In this document: positions 35,691 through 46,573 of the stretch, piece by piece | Position numbering within the stretch: the stretch's first letter is position 1 | Layout: every line of letters starts with the position of its first letter | Source of the DNA: Burkholderia sp. | Lineage (GTDB): Bacteria > Pseudomonadota > Gammaproteobacteria > Burkholderiales > Burkholderiaceae | Direction: 5' to 3' | Assembly (NCBI GenBank): GCA_032470235.1 | Contig: JAVHYW010000001.1 | Location: forward strand, 111,887-175,886 | Length of the DNA stretch: 64,000 nt | Position numbers and translations under genes: made by a program | Notes under the pieces: generated by a model | The model's input: only the letters and a program-made list of their open reading frames with translations | What the model was told of the DNA's origin: nothing | Database searches by the model: none

Positions 35691-36515
35691 GTGAGCATTT
35701 CTTCTCCTCCAGATATCCTGATAGAGCTTCGAGATGTAGATTTTGGATACGGAGACCGTTTAGCACTGTCTAATTTAAATCTAACTTTCAGTAGAGGACA
35801 AGTGATTGCTATTATTGGCGGATCAGGCTGTGGTAAGACCACTGTCCTCCGATTAATCGGAGGACTTATTCGAGCGAGTCATGGTCAGGTTCTGTTTTCT
35901 GGCGCTGATGTAGGTGCACAAACACGTGATGGCTTATATGCATTACGTCGTAATATGGGAATGTTATTTCAATTCGGCGCTTTATTTACCGATATGTCAG
36001 TATACGATAATATAGCCTTCGTTTTACGTGAGCATACAGATCTTCCAGAAAGCCTGATCCGTGATTTAGTACTGATGAAACTGAACGCAGTTGGTTTGCG
36101 CGGTGCGCGCGACTTAATGCCATCCGAGGTATCCGGTGGTATGGCTCGGCGTATTGCTCTCGCGCGTGCTGTAGCGCTCGATCCTAAGCTTATTATGTAT
36201 GATGAGCCATTCACAGGACTTGATCCGATTTCTATCAGAATTACTGCGAACCTGATCTGTACTCTGAATGATGTACTCGAAGCGACATCAATTCTTGTTA
36301 CGCATAACGTGTCAGAGTCATTCGCGATTGCTGATTACGTATATTTTCTCGCAGATGGTAGTGTACTCGCGCAAGGTACACCAGATGAATTACGCGCTTC
36401 AACAGAAATTACCGTACGTCAATTTATTGATGCTGAAACTGATGGTCCATTTAAGTTTCACTATTCATGTTTACCACTCTCAAAAGATTTTGGACTTGAT
36501 AGAGAGTATATGTAA
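35691..36515 (+). CDS. mlaF: Phospholipid ABC transporter ATP-binding protein MlaF
   Basis: 274 aa with a GTG start, Walker A GGSGCGKTT, signature VSGGMARR and Walker B IMYDEPF. It is the first gene of the mla cluster. Confidence 0.9.
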   Translation: MSISSPPDILIELRDVDFGYGDRLALSNLNLTFSRGQVIAIIGGSGCGKTTVLRLIGGLIRASHGQVLFSGADVGAQTRDGLYALRRNMGMLFQFGALFTDMSVYDNIAFVLREHTDLPESLIRDLVLMKLNAVGLRGARDLMPSEVSGGMARRIALARAVALDPKLIMYDEPFTGLDPISIRITANLICTLNDVLEATSILVTHNVSESFAIADYVYFLADGSVLAQGTPDELRASTEITVRQFIDAETDGPFKFHYSCLPLSKDFGLDREYM

Positions 36516-37283
36516 ATGATAGGTTATATCGAGAATTTTATCATAAGCCGTATTATATATCTGGGTTATAGTCTTCGAATATTCGTAAGCCTTATTCTAG
36601 AATTTTTACCACTACTACGTAGACCTGGGCTATTTACGAAACAGATCTACTTTCTTGGTAATCAGTCATTTGTAATTATAGCAGTATCTGGACTTTTCGT
36701 TGGTTTTGTTCTTGCTCTTCAGGTCTATTATATCCTGAATAGATATAGTTCTGAGGAGGAGCTTGGACTACTCGTTGCGATATCTCTTGTACGTGATCTT
36801 GGGCCTGTTCTTACTGCACTATTATTTGAAGGTCGAGCTGGAACGTCTTTAACTGCTGAAATTGGACTAATGAAATCCGGTGAACAATTAACTGCACTTG
36901 AAATGATGGGCATTGATCCAATTAAGAATATAATGGCACCGAGGATGTTGGCTGGAGTCGTCGTAATGCCTATGCTAACCGCAGTTTTTAATGCGATCGG
37001 CATACTCGGTGGTTATATAGTTAGTCTAATATTGATTAGCATTGATCCGAGCGCATTTTGGTCCCAGATGCAAAATGGCGTAGATACATGGTACGACATT
37101 GGAAATGGTCTACTAAAGAGTATTTTATTTGGTTTTGCAACTACCTTTATAGCACTGTTTCATGGGTACGAATCTCGTCCAACACCGGAAGGCATATCCA
37201 GTGCAACGACTAAGACTGTCGTTTATGGTTCACTTATAGTACTTGGCTTTAATTTTATCTTGACAGCGCTAATGTTTAGCTAA
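36516..37283 (+). CDS. mlaE: Phospholipid ABC transporter permease MlaE
   Basis: 255-aa polytopic membrane protein with the conserved RDLGPVLTALL..GRAG motif. Confidence 0.9.
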   Translation: MIGYIENFIISRIIYLGYSLRIFVSLILEFLPLLRRPGLFTKQIYFLGNQSFVIIAVSGLFVGFVLALQVYYILNRYSSEEELGLLVAISLVRDLGPVLTALLFEGRAGTSLTAEIGLMKSGEQLTALEMMGIDPIKNIMAPRMLAGVVVMPMLTAVFNAIGILGGYIVSLILISIDPSAFWSQMQNGVDTWYDIGNGLLKSILFGFATTFIALFHGYESRPTPEGISSATTKTVVYGSLIVLGFNFILTALMFS

Positions 37284-37299
37284 TTGATTTTAAAGAATA

Positions 37300-37815
37300 A
37301 TGAAAAAAACCGCTTTCGATTTTTGGGCTGGATTGTTCGTTATAACGGGATTTCTCGCTGTACTATTTCTTGTATTAAAAGTAAGCAATATAAACTCACT
37401 CTCTTTTCAAGAGACATATCAGATAATTATGAAATTTGATAACATTGGCGGGCTAAAGTCACATGCAGCGATTAAAAGTTCTGGTGTCATTGTTGGCCAT
37501 GTTAGTCGAATTAGTTTCGACACGAATACGTATCAAGCTTTTGTAATAGCTGATCTTTATAAGCAGTATCACTTTCCAAAAGATTCATCGGCGAAGATTT
37601 TAGCCTTAGGCTTACTTGGAGATCAATATATTGATCTTGAACCAGGCGGTGATACAGAGATGCTAAAATCGGGTGATACGATATCGATGACGCAATCAGC
37701 AATCATGATAGAAAATTTAATCGGTCAGCTCCTATACAGGAGAACAACTTATTCTGAGAAAACAACTTATTCTAACAGAATATTAGGAGTTATCAGACAA
37801 GAAAATTATTTATAA
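37300..37815 (+). CDS. mlaD: MCE-domain periplasmic component MlaD
   Basis: 171 aa with an N-terminal TM anchor and an MCE domain (GGLK..A.IK.SGV.VG.V). The C-terminal tail contains an 18-bp tandem repeat (TTYSEK/TTYSNR, 37744-37779). Confidence 0.85.
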   Translation: MKKTAFDFWAGLFVITGFLAVLFLVLKVSNINSLSFQETYQIIMKFDNIGGLKSHAAIKSSGVIVGHVSRISFDTNTYQAFVIADLYKQYHFPKDSSAKILALGLLGDQYIDLEPGGDTEMLKSGDTISMTQSAIMIENLIGQLLYRRTTYSEKTTYSNRILGVIRQENYL

Positions 37816-37911
37816 TCTAGATTTAAAAGGCAATAAAGAAACACCTAATAGTGCATATAATTCTCAATAAGAATATAAGAAAGTAAAAAAGAGCAATTTA
37901 TAATGTAGACT

Positions 37912-38682
37912 ATGCGAATTAGATATTCAGTACTAGCTCTCAGTATTTTAGCTGTACTAAGCAGTGGGTGTGCAACGATAGTAATTCCGAATAAATGTGA
38001 TCCATTTGAAAAATTTAATAGAATAATATTTAAATTTAACGATACGGTTGACACGTATGCATTAAATCCTGTTGCGAAAGGCTATCAGAAAATAGTTCCA
38101 AAACTAGTACGTGAAAGCGTGACAAACTTTTTTTCTAATATTAATGACATATATATTGCAGCAAATAATCTTATGCAATTTCGAATCTCAGATGCTACGA
38201 GCGATATTATGCGCGTCATAATTAACACACTATTCGGTTTTGGTGGACTATTCGATGTTGCAACCCAAGCGAAGCTACCAAAGCACACTACAGACTTTGG
38301 TGTAACGATTAGTCGCTATGGAATACCCTCTGGTCCATATCTAGTTCTTCCGCTTCTTGGACCAAGCATGATGCGTGATTATGTTGGTCTTATATTTGGT
38401 TATGCAATCAATCCACTTTCATACTTGCATCCGAAGAATCTTTCTTGGATTGCTTACGGTCTTAATTTCGTGAATATACGCGCGAGCTTTCTCAGTACTA
38501 GTAAGATACTTGATTGGATTGCACTTGATAAGTATTCATTTATTCGAAGTGCATATTTACAGAATCGTCAAACTCTAGTTAACTATGCTTGTGAATCTGA
38601 TAAATTCTGTGATAAATCTGAAGTAGATACACTACCGAAGTATGATCTATTATCTGAGGATAATGATCCGGTATCACATTAA
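37912..38682 (+). CDS. mlaA: Outer-membrane lipoprotein MlaA (VacJ)
   Basis: 256 aa with lipoprotein signal LAVLSSGCA and VacJ motifs DPFEKFNR and FG.T...YG...GPYLVLPLLGPS..RD. Confidence 0.87.
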   Translation: MRIRYSVLALSILAVLSSGCATIVIPNKCDPFEKFNRIIFKFNDTVDTYALNPVAKGYQKIVPKLVRESVTNFFSNINDIYIAANNLMQFRISDATSDIMRVIINTLFGFGGLFDVATQAKLPKHTTDFGVTISRYGIPSGPYLVLPLLGPSMMRDYVGLIFGYAINPLSYLHPKNLSWIAYGLNFVNIRASFLSTSKILDWIALDKYSFIRSAYLQNRQTLVNYACESDKFCDKSEVDTLPKYDLLSEDNDPVSH

Positions 38683-38911
38683 TTAAGCTATGTTTATATG
38701 AGACCTATAAAATACCTTTTAAAATATCTTAAAATAAATAAGTTTTATTTCGAATAAATCTTTTATTAGCTAGACGGTTATAATGTCGATACTAAATTTT
38801 AATAAATTGCTCATCTCATATGCGTCTAGAGTATTTGAAACTACATCATCAATGTAATTATATTAATTAACTTAGAGTTAATTATTGGAGTGAATCATTA
38901 GAAATTTCACT

Positions 38912-39547
38912 ATGAAAAAACTGTTCTTGATTCGTGTTTTAACGTCTTTTTTCTTATTTGCTGATCTGGCTTGTGCTAACGTAAATAATCAATCGAGTCC
39001 TCAGTCTATAATAATAGTTGCAATACAGAATATGATCAAAGAAGTTCAAAGCAAGTTAATTAAACCAGTCGACATTGATCAGATTACAACAATCGTCGAC
39101 AAGAATATCCTTCAATATGCGGATTTCCTACGTACAACACGCCTAACAATGGGACGATACTGGAATGAGGCAACACCATATCAAAAGCAATTAATAGTTG
39201 AGTTGTTCAAGAGACTATTTATCCGTACATACGCAGGAGCAATAGCACAACTGAGATTTGATCAGAAGATAAAGTATTTGCCATTTCATTTTAGAGATGA
39301 TGATACTGATGTTGTTGTTCGTACAATAATAAATGATGAGAAACCTATCCGGCTAGATTATCGGTTATATAAGAGTCCACAGGGAGGGTGGCGAGTTTAC
39401 GATATAAATGTGCTCGGTGTGTGGCTAATACAGACATATCAGCAGCAGTTTAAAGAGAAAATCAAGAAGAGTAGTATTGATGGATTAATCTGTTTGTTGT
39501 CAAAACGAAATCAAGATCTTGCTAATATTGATAAGCAGTCCTCATGA
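38912..39547 (+). CDS. mlaC: Periplasmic phospholipid-binding protein MlaC (Ttg2D family)
   Basis: 211 aa with a signal peptide and the Tgt2/MlaC pattern (..MGRYW......Q...F...F...Y......). Cluster position fits. Confidence 0.8.
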   Translation: MKKLFLIRVLTSFFLFADLACANVNNQSSPQSIIIVAIQNMIKEVQSKLIKPVDIDQITTIVDKNILQYADFLRTTRLTMGRYWNEATPYQKQLIVELFKRLFIRTYAGAIAQLRFDQKIKYLPFHFRDDDTDVVVRTIINDEKPIRLDYRLYKSPQGGWRVYDINVLGVWLIQTYQQQFKEKIKKSSIDGLICLLSKRNQDLANIDKQSS

Positions 39548-39807
39548 ATTATTTTAAATCTGATGTCACGCTCACTTTTGAAAGTGCAAAGTCTATACTT
39601 TTGAACGGTCTTTATAAAATCTCTTCTGGTGCTATTGCTGTCGACTGTTCTTTCCTCATTCATTTTGACTCATCAGCGATTGCTGTACTACTCGCATGGC
39701 AGCGAGCTGCGAAAAATAGCGGCGCAATTCTCACTATACTTAATCCCCCTAAGAAGCTTATAAGTCTCGCACGCGCATATGGTCTTGATACGCTCATATA
39801 TCAATAG
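39544..39807 (+). CDS. mlaB: STAS-domain protein MlaB
   Basis: 87-aa small STAS-like protein. Its start overlaps the mlaC stop by 4 nt, at the usual mlaB position. Confidence 0.7.
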   Translation: MNYFKSDVTLTFESAKSILLNGLYKISSGAIAVDCSFLIHFDSSAIAVLLAWQRAAKNSGAILTILNPPKKLISLARAYGLDTLIYQ

Positions 39808-39958
39808 AAACTAACAATTTAAGATAATTCTGATTGGGTTAAAAATACTCTGCGCCTGTTACATCAAAAGAGAGGTGTTTATGTAAAAAACTATATAGTT
39901 TGCTAAAGTTATTATTTATATACGAAAAGTATTTTTTTACTAGACTATTCTTACTTTT

Positions 39959-41737
39959 ATGCCAGCTATAAAAATTCGTCAGCTTAGTAAGCGCTATTCT
40001 TCTCTACAAGCACTTAATGGCGTTAATTTTACTGTCGAAGACGGAGAGTTTTTCGGATTACTTGGTCAAAATGGCGCAGGAAAAACTACACTTATTAGTA
40101 TTCTTTCAGGCCTTATTCGAGCTGATGAAGGTAGTATTTCTGTGTGTGGATTCGATGTGGTAAAAAACTTTCAAAAAGCTAAGCGTTCTCTTGGAGTTGT
40201 ACCACAGGAGTTGGTATTCGATCCATTTTTCACAGTATACGAGACACTTCGTATCCAATCTGGATATTTTGGATTACGAAAAAATGATACGTGGATAGAC
40301 GAAGTAATGGCGAATCTAGATTTAACCAAGAACGCAAACGCAAACATGCGCACACTTTCTGGTGGGATAAAGCGTCGTGTTCTTATTGCGCAGGCGCTTG
40401 TACATAGACCACAAGTAATTGTGCTTGATGAGCCAACTGCCGGAGTCGACATTGAGTTGCGTAAGATACTGTGGAAATTTATCACGCGTCTGAATCGTGA
40501 AGGGCACACGATTGTACTAACTACACACTATCTAGAAGAAGCACAGTCGCTTTGTGATCGGATTGTAATGCTTAAATGTGGTAAGGTAGTCGCCCTTGAT
40601 AAAACTATAAACCTCCTGCATAACTTCTCCAGATTAAAGCTTTATCTGAACATTTCTAATGGCCTACTTCCAGTAGATCTGCGTTCACTTAAAATTAATT
40701 CTAGTGAACATACACCTGGGCAATATTTATTACATCTCGAAAGCTATAACGAAGTCGAAAAAATTCTGTCACAGTGTCGTTCTGCAGGTTGTACATTCAA
40801 CGATATTGAAGTCCGTAAGGGTAATCTCGAGGATGTGTTTATACGGGTAATGAGGGAAGTAAAAGATATAAGTAGTAAACAAAAATATGAAATACCTCTA
40901 AATAAAAATCAGAATCATAGAAAAAAATTCTCATCACATAATAGTGTGAACTCTTTTTCTAAAGTAGTGGAGCCAGCGTTCGGAAGTGGATTTCCTACCT
41001 TGTTCTATAAGGAAATAATTCGTTTCTTAAAGGTATCCTTCCAGACTGTCTTTTCACCGATTGTAAGTGCTTTCTTATATCTGACAGTTTTTGGCCATGT
41101 ATTATCGAGCCGCATCGCGATATATCATGGCATTGAATATACAAATTTTTTATTTCCAGGACTTGTTATGATGAGCATGTTGCAGAATGCATTTGCAAAT
41201 AGTTCATCTTCACTAATCCAATCAAAGATTAGTGGTAATCTTCTATTCATACTACTAGCACCGATTTCATGTACAGAAATGTTTTTAGCGTATGTACTTG
41301 CTGCAGTAATACGTGGACTCGTTATAGGATTAAGTATTTTTATAGTGACGATCGTATTTTTTTCAATTAGCTTCGCGTCACCATTGTTTATTATATTGTT
41401 TGCGTTTCTTGGTTCATCGATTCTTGGTACGCTCGGTCTAATAGCTGGGGTCTGGGCTGAGAATTTTGATCAACTTGCAGCATTCCAAAACTTTTTAATT
41501 ATGCCACTTACATTTTTATCAGGTGTTTTTTATTCAACTAGCTCGCTTCCACCAATTTTATGCAATATCTCTAGGCTCAATCCATTTTTTTATATAATAG
41601 ATGGATTTCGTTATGGGTTCTTCGGTTTATCCGATGTTAATCCACTTGAAAGTCTTTTGATTATTATTTGCTTTTTAATTCTTCTTGCACTAATTGCAAT
41701 TAGAAAGCTCTCGATCAGCCACAAACTACGTTATTAG
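39959..41737 (+). CDS. Fused ABC-2-type transporter: ATP-binding domain (aa ~1-300) plus six-TM permease domain (aa ~340-592)
   Basis: A single 592-aa ORF. It has Walker A GQNGAGKTT, signature LSGGIKRR and Walker B VIVLDEPTAGVD. A K/N/S-rich linker follows (...VKDISSKQKYEIPLNKNQNHRKKFSSHNSVNSF...). Then comes an ABC-2 permease beginning GFPTLFYKEIIRFLKV. Homologues (YadG/YadH-like) are normally two genes. Confidence 0.85.
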   Translation: MPAIKIRQLSKRYSSLQALNGVNFTVEDGEFFGLLGQNGAGKTTLISILSGLIRADEGSISVCGFDVVKNFQKAKRSLGVVPQELVFDPFFTVYETLRIQSGYFGLRKNDTWIDEVMANLDLTKNANANMRTLSGGIKRRVLIAQALVHRPQVIVLDEPTAGVDIELRKILWKFITRLNREGHTIVLTTHYLEEAQSLCDRIVMLKCGKVVALDKTINLLHNFSRLKLYLNISNGLLPVDLRSLKINSSEHTPGQYLLHLESYNEVEKILSQCRSAGCTFNDIEVRKGNLEDVFIRVMREVKDISSKQKYEIPLNKNQNHRKKFSSHNSVNSFSKVVEPAFGSGFPTLFYKEIIRFLKVSFQTVFSPIVSAFLYLTVFGHVLSSRIAIYHGIEYTNFLFPGLVMMSMLQNAFANSSSSLIQSKISGNLLFILLAPISCTEMFLAYVLAAVIRGLVIGLSIFIVTIVFFSISFASPLFIILFAFLGSSILGTLGLIAGVWAENFDQLAAFQNFLIMPLTFLSGVFYSTSSLPPILCNISRLNPFFYIIDGFRYGFFGLSDVNPLESLLIIICFLILLALIAIRKLSISHKLRY

Positions 41738-41762
41738 ATTAGAATTTAGGAGTGCTTCTCTC

Positions 41763-42014
41763 ATGAAGCTAACCCCTGAACAGCTCAAAAAATATATTTC
41801 GGACAAGCTTATCTGTTTACATTTAGAAGTAAAAGGTGACGGCCAGCATTTTTTTGCAACGATTGTATCGTCCGTTTTCGAAGATAAGAAGATGATTTAT
41901 CGGCATCGAATTGTCTATGAAGCACTTGGTGATCGGATGAAGAAAGAAATTCATGCCTTCAGCATGAAGACTCTAACGCCAAAAGAATGGAAAGACATTA
42001 TATCTGGAGCATAA
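41763..42014 (+). CDS. ibaG: BolA-family protein (IbaG/YrbA-like)
   Basis: The ORF track starts at 41694, inside the ABC gene. An ATG at 41763 gives an 83-aa protein with the BolA pattern ([15 protein letters not shown]...HR.VY.AL......[12 protein letters not shown]). It follows the mla cluster, as in E. coli. Confidence 0.8.
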   Translation: MKLTPEQLKKYISDKLICLHLEVKGDGQHFFATIVSSVFEDKKMIYRHRIVYEALGDRMKKEIHAFSMKTLTPKEWKDIISGA

Positions 42015-42016
42015 TT

Positions 42017-42685
42017 ATGAACGCGTCGTTGACTCTCGCATTGTCGAAGGGTCGTATTTTAGAGGAAGCTATACTACTTCTTTCTACAGCCGGTATACAC
42101 ATAGGCGAAGATCTTCAATCTTCACGAAAGCTAATCCTACAAACTACCGATCAGAACTTACGCGTTATTGTCGTTCGGGCGACTGACGTGCCAACTTATG
42201 TTGAATATGGTGCTGCTGATTTTGGTATCACCGGAAAGGATATTTTAGTGGAGCATGGTGGTTCTGGCTTATATCGACCAATCAATCTAAATATTGCACG
42301 TTGCCGGATGTCTGTTGCAGTACGAGATGGATTTGATTATGAAAAATCAGTACGTCAGGGTGCTCGACTTCGAATTGCAACTAAATACGTTAAAACTGCA
42401 CGAGAGCATTTCGCAGAGAAGGGTGTTTATATTGATCTAATTAAATTGTACGGCTCTATGGAGCTTGCACCGCTTGTTGGTCTTGCCGATGCGATTGTAG
42501 ATCTCGTTAGTTCTGGTAAAACATTAAAAGATAATAATCTAGTTGAGGTTGAGGAGATTATGCCAATCTCCTCGCACCTTGTCATAAACCAAGCTGCTTT
42601 AAAGCTAAAGCGTAACATGCTTAGCCCATTCCTTGATGCATTTGAATCTACATCACAGGTTAGCAGTATCTCGGTATCTATCTAG
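42017..42685 (+). CDS. hisG: ATP phosphoribosyltransferase, short (HisZ-dependent) form
   Basis: The ORF track starts at 41987. An ATG at 42017 gives [14 protein letters not shown]. The length of about 222 aa fits short-form HisG. The motif [10 protein letters not shown] is present. Confidence 0.92.
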   Translation: MNASLTLALSKGRILEEAILLLSTAGIHIGEDLQSSRKLILQTTDQNLRVIVVRATDVPTYVEYGAADFGITGKDILVEHGGSGLYRPINLNIARCRMSVAVRDGFDYEKSVRQGARLRIATKYVKTAREHFAEKGVYIDLIKLYGSMELAPLVGLADAIVDLVSSGKTLKDNNLVEVEEIMPISSHLVINQAALKLKRNMLSPFLDAFESTSQVSSISVSI

Positions 42686-42696
42686 ATGTTACCGAA

Positions 42697-44022
42697 ATGG
42701 AATTTTTCATGTCACTAATCATACGAAGACTTGATTCTTCGAGAAAAGATTTCGACGTTATAATGCGTAAGGCGCTAACATTCGAGCTGACCAAAAATGA
42801 TGAGATCGAAGAATCTGTTTCGAGGATATTGGTTGATGTAAAGGAACGAGGCGATGCTGCTGTCCTCGATTATACAAACTATTTCGACAGACTTAATGCA
42901 ACAAGCGTTAGTTCGCTTGAACTATCGCAAGATATGCTGCGAGATTCGTTTAATAGACTTGAGATAAAGAAACGGTCGGCACTCGAGGCAGCAGCTATGC
43001 GTATTCGTGTATATCATGAAAAACAGAAGATAAAATGTGGCTGCTATAGCTGGCAGTACACTGAGAATGATGGTACAATTCTCGGTCAGAAAGTTACGTC
43101 ACTTAATCGAGTAGGTCTATATATTCCTGGAGGAAAAGCCGCGTATCCATCATCAGTTTTGATGAACGCGATTCCAGCATCTATTGCTGGTGTTAATGAA
43201 ATATTAATGGTCGTACCAACACCTGATGGTGCGAAGAATGATCTTGTGCTTGCAGCTGCACTACTCGGCGGTGTTAACCGAGTATTTACGATTGGCGGTG
43301 CTCAAGCCGTAGCAGCGCTTGCGTATGGTACAGAGTCGATTCCGGCTGTTGATAAGATTTGTGGTCCGGGCAATGCATACGTCGCATCAGCGAAGCGCCG
43401 AGTGTTCGGCACTGTAGGGATCGATATGATCGCTGGTCCTTCGGAAATTCTCATACTATGTGATGGAACGACTAATCCGAATTGGATCGCTATGGATCTA
43501 TTCTCTCAAGCTGAGCATGATGAATTAGCGCAGTCAATCTTACTATGCCCGGATACATATTTTATCGATAAAGTAGAAATTGCAATCAACAAACTTCTTC
43601 CAACAATGCCCCGCGCGGACGTCATCCGCGCATCTCTTGAAGGTCGTAGCATGCTTATTAAGGTTAGAGATATGTATGAAGCATGCCAGATCGCAAACGA
43701 TATCGCCCCAGAGCACTTAGAAGTTTCTACATTGGAACCAGAGAAGTGGGTTAAAAAACTGTTTCACTCCGGTGCAATTTTCCTTGGCCATTACACAAGT
43801 GAGAGTCTTGGTGACTATTGTGCTGGTCCAAATCACGTTCTACCTACATCTCGTACTGCGCGCTTCTCATCGCCGCTTGGTGTGTATGATTTCATTAAGC
43901 GTTCGAATATTATCAAAGTCAGCGAACAAGGTGCAAAGACACTTGGAGAAATTGCGCTTGAACTTTCGGATGGAGAAGGTTTACAAGCTCATGGGCTTAG
44001 TGCTAGGTTTAGGATGAAATAA
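42697..44022 (+). CDS. hisD: Histidinol dehydrogenase
   Basis: 441 aa with [19 protein letters not shown] and APEHLE motifs. An alternative start is at 42709. Confidence 0.95.
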   Translation: MEFFMSLIIRRLDSSRKDFDVIMRKALTFELTKNDEIEESVSRILVDVKERGDAAVLDYTNYFDRLNATSVSSLELSQDMLRDSFNRLEIKKRSALEAAAMRIRVYHEKQKIKCGCYSWQYTENDGTILGQKVTSLNRVGLYIPGGKAAYPSSVLMNAIPASIAGVNEILMVVPTPDGAKNDLVLAAALLGGVNRVFTIGGAQAVAALAYGTESIPAVDKICGPGNAYVASAKRRVFGTVGIDMIAGPSEILILCDGTTNPNWIAMDLFSQAEHDELAQSILLCPDTYFIDKVEIAINKLLPTMPRADVIRASLEGRSMLIKVRDMYEACQIANDIAPEHLEVSTLEPEKWVKKLFHSGAIFLGHYTSESLGDYCAGPNHVLPTSRTARFSSPLGVYDFIKRSNIIKVSEQGAKTLGEIALELSDGEGLQAHGLSARFRMK

Positions 44023-45101
44023 TGACGACTCCACAAGATATAATTCGCCAAGATATACTAAAAATTGACGGTTATTCAGTGCAGGATGCTACTGGATTCG
44101 TGAAGCTAGATGCGATGGAGAACCCCTATTCGATTTCAATTCCAATTATGCATGCGCTTGGAGAGCGTCTTTCTCAAGTTATTTTGAACCGCTATCCAAT
44201 ATCGCGACCATCTACGCTTATTAATAAAATACGTGACATAATGAAAGTTCCAGAACCGTGCGATGTCTTGCTAGGAAATGGTTCTGATGAAATAATCAGT
44301 ATGCTATCTGTAGCCTGCGCAAAACCAAAAGCGAAGATACTTGCACCAGTTCCAGGATTTATAATGGTTGAGATGTCTGCACGTTTTTCTCATCTCGAGT
44401 TCGTAGGCGTGCCACTCTTAGATGATATGTCGCTCGACATTGATGCAATGCTAATTGCTATTGATAAAAACCAGCCTGCACTAATTTATCTTGCGTATCC
44501 GAATAATCCCACTGGTACGCTCTTTAGCGATGCTGAGATAGAAGAGATCATCGCTCTTTCAAAAGGAGGCCTCATTATAATAGACGAGGCGTATCATCCG
44601 TTCGCACAGCAAAGCTGGTTGCAACGTATAGTAGAGTTCGATAATGTTGTTATAATGCGCACTGTATCTAAATTAGGACTTGCTGGAATCCGACTTGGCT
44701 ATCTAGTAGGGATGCCAATTTGGATAACTGAAATAGATAAAGTTCGTCCACCATATAATATCAATGCGCTTACACAGGAAGCTGCCAATTTTTTTCTAGA
44801 TTATATTGATATATTTAACGCTCAGGCGGCTGATTTATGTTATGAGCGCGAACGACTTGCAATTGAACTTTCTATGCTTCCTGGGGTAAGGGTGTTTCCG
44901 AGCTCTGGTAATTTCCTCCTTGTTCGAGTTCCTTCCGCCGCTATAGTGTTTGATGCACTCATGACTGAGCACATATTAATTAAAAACGTGAGTAAAATTC
45001 ATCCATTACTCTCTGGATGTCTACGACTAACTATCGGTTCTCCTGAAGAAAATGCTTCTCTACTCTCCGCAATGAGAATTGCAGTACGCCTGTGTATGTA
45101 G
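44022..45101 (+). CDS. hisC: Histidinol-phosphate aminotransferase
   Basis: 359 aa with [15 protein letters not shown] and the PLP-Lys region [15 protein letters not shown]. Confidence 0.92.
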   Translation: MTTPQDIIRQDILKIDGYSVQDATGFVKLDAMENPYSISIPIMHALGERLSQVILNRYPISRPSTLINKIRDIMKVPEPCDVLLGNGSDEIISMLSVACAKPKAKILAPVPGFIMVEMSARFSHLEFVGVPLLDDMSLDIDAMLIAIDKNQPALIYLAYPNNPTGTLFSDAEIEEIIALSKGGLIIIDEAYHPFAQQSWLQRIVEFDNVVIMRTVSKLGLAGIRLGYLVGMPIWITEIDKVRPPYNINALTQEAANFFLDYIDIFNAQAADLCYERERLAIELSMLPGVRVFPSSGNFLLVRVPSAAIVFDALMTEHILIKNVSKIHPLLSGCLRLTIGSPEENASLLSAMRIAVRLCM

Positions 45102-45149
45102 AGTGTGTTAATTCTCATTAATTATTAAATAAAAATTTAAGGAATTAAA

Positions 45150-45737
45150 ATGCGTGTTGCAGAAGTTATTCGAAATACTAGCGAAACGCAGATTCGTATG
45201 AAGCTTAATCTAGAAGGTACCGGTCAGAAGAAATTAGAAACTGGCGTGCCATTTCTCGATCATATGCTTGATCAAATCGTGCGACATGGTCTGATTGACT
45301 TATATATCGAAGCACATGGTGATACTCATATAGATGATCATCATATAGTTGAAGATATTGGAATCACACTTGGTCAGGCGATCTCAAAGGCTATTTGTGA
45401 TCGTAGGGGGATTCGTCGATATGGTTATGCGTACGTACCACTCGATGAGGCATTATCACGAGTTGTAATCGACTTCTCTGGTCGACCTGGTCTTGAATTT
45501 CACGTACCGTTCACTCGAGCGCGGATTGGTACATTCGATGTCGACCTATCAATCGAATTTTTTCGTGGTTTTGTTAATCATGCAGGTACAACGCTACATA
45601 TTGATAATTTTCGTGGGGTCAACACACACCATCAGATTGAAACCGTATTCAAAGCGTTCGGCTGTGCATTACGGATGGGACTAGAGTTAGATGAGCGGGC
45701 AGTAGGATATATTCCTTCGACGAAAGGTAGTCTCTAA
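45150..45737 (+). CDS. hisB: Imidazoleglycerol-phosphate dehydratase (monofunctional)
   Basis: 195 aa with R.T.ET.I...[20 protein letters not shown] and NTHHQIE. Confidence 0.95.
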   Translation: MRVAEVIRNTSETQIRMKLNLEGTGQKKLETGVPFLDHMLDQIVRHGLIDLYIEAHGDTHIDDHHIVEDIGITLGQAISKAICDRRGIRRYGYAYVPLDEALSRVVIDFSGRPGLEFHVPFTRARIGTFDVDLSIEFFRGFVNHAGTTLHIDNFRGVNTHHQIETVFKAFGCALRMGLELDERAVGYIPSTKGSL

Positions 45738-45781
45738 TTTACTATATACTCTTGATGAGAGCAAGAATAGATGGTGTAGAA

Positions 45782-46423
45782 ATGAAAATATCAATTGCAA
45801 TTATAGACTATGGAATAGGTAACTTGCATTCTGTTGTACAAGCCTTCATGAAGGCTGAGCCAGCTGCCAGCGTAGCGATTGTTAATTTACCAGAGGCGAT
45901 CCGCGAAGCTGACCGAGTTGTCATTCCAGGTCAGAGTGCAATGCCAAACTGTATAAATAGACTTAGAGAATCCGGATTGCTTGAGGCTGTACTTGAAGCT
46001 TCATGTACGAAACCGCTACTTGGTATATGTGTAGGTAAACATATGTTATTTGACTGGAGCGCTGAAGGTGATATGATGGGTCTCGGTCTACTTTCTGGGA
46101 AAGTACTACGATTTAATATCGACGGGCGTCTACAAGATGACGGTTCTTGCTTTAAAGTGCCACAGATAGGCTGGAATCGCGTTCGTCAAATACGTCCACA
46201 TATATTGTGGGATGGCGTGCCGGACGGTTCATATTTCTATTTCTTACACAGCTTCTATGTAGTTCCTAAAGATGAATTAAATATAGTTGGTGAAACAGTT
46301 TACGGTATTCCATTCGCCTCTGCAGTAACACGAGATAATATTTTTGCAACTCAATTCCATCCGGAAAAAAGCGCTAAAGTTGGATTGCGCTTATATTATA
46401 ACTTTATCCACTGGAAGCCATAA
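45782..46423 (+). CDS. hisH: Imidazole glycerol phosphate synthase, glutaminase subunit
   Basis: The ORF track starts at 45752. An ATG at 45782 gives [18 protein letters not shown]. The nucleophile loop GICVGKHML and C-terminal FHPEKS are present. Confidence 0.93.
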   Translation: MKISIAIIDYGIGNLHSVVQAFMKAEPAASVAIVNLPEAIREADRVVIPGQSAMPNCINRLRESGLLEAVLEASCTKPLLGICVGKHMLFDWSAEGDMMGLGLLSGKVLRFNIDGRLQDDGSCFKVPQIGWNRVRQIRPHILWDGVPDGSYFYFLHSFYVVPKDELNIVGETVYGIPFASAVTRDNIFATQFHPEKSAKVGLRLYYNFIHWKP

Positions 46424-46573
46424 TATAATGAGAATACATGGTGAGCTTTATTTAGCCTAACTAGCTACTTACGGAAATCTGTAATCTGTAGAAGAGTAAG
46501 GAATACACTTGGTCAAAGATATATTTTTAAATTGACCGATTTTACTTTTTAAAAATTTAATATCCGGTTAATT

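Noticed and set aside
37744-37779. 18-bp tandem repeat ACAACTTATTCT(GAGAAA/AACAGA) in the mlaD 3' tail, encoding TTYSEK/TTYSNR.
   Set aside because: It is a small in-frame duplication in a non-conserved C-terminal tail with no functional implication that I can support.
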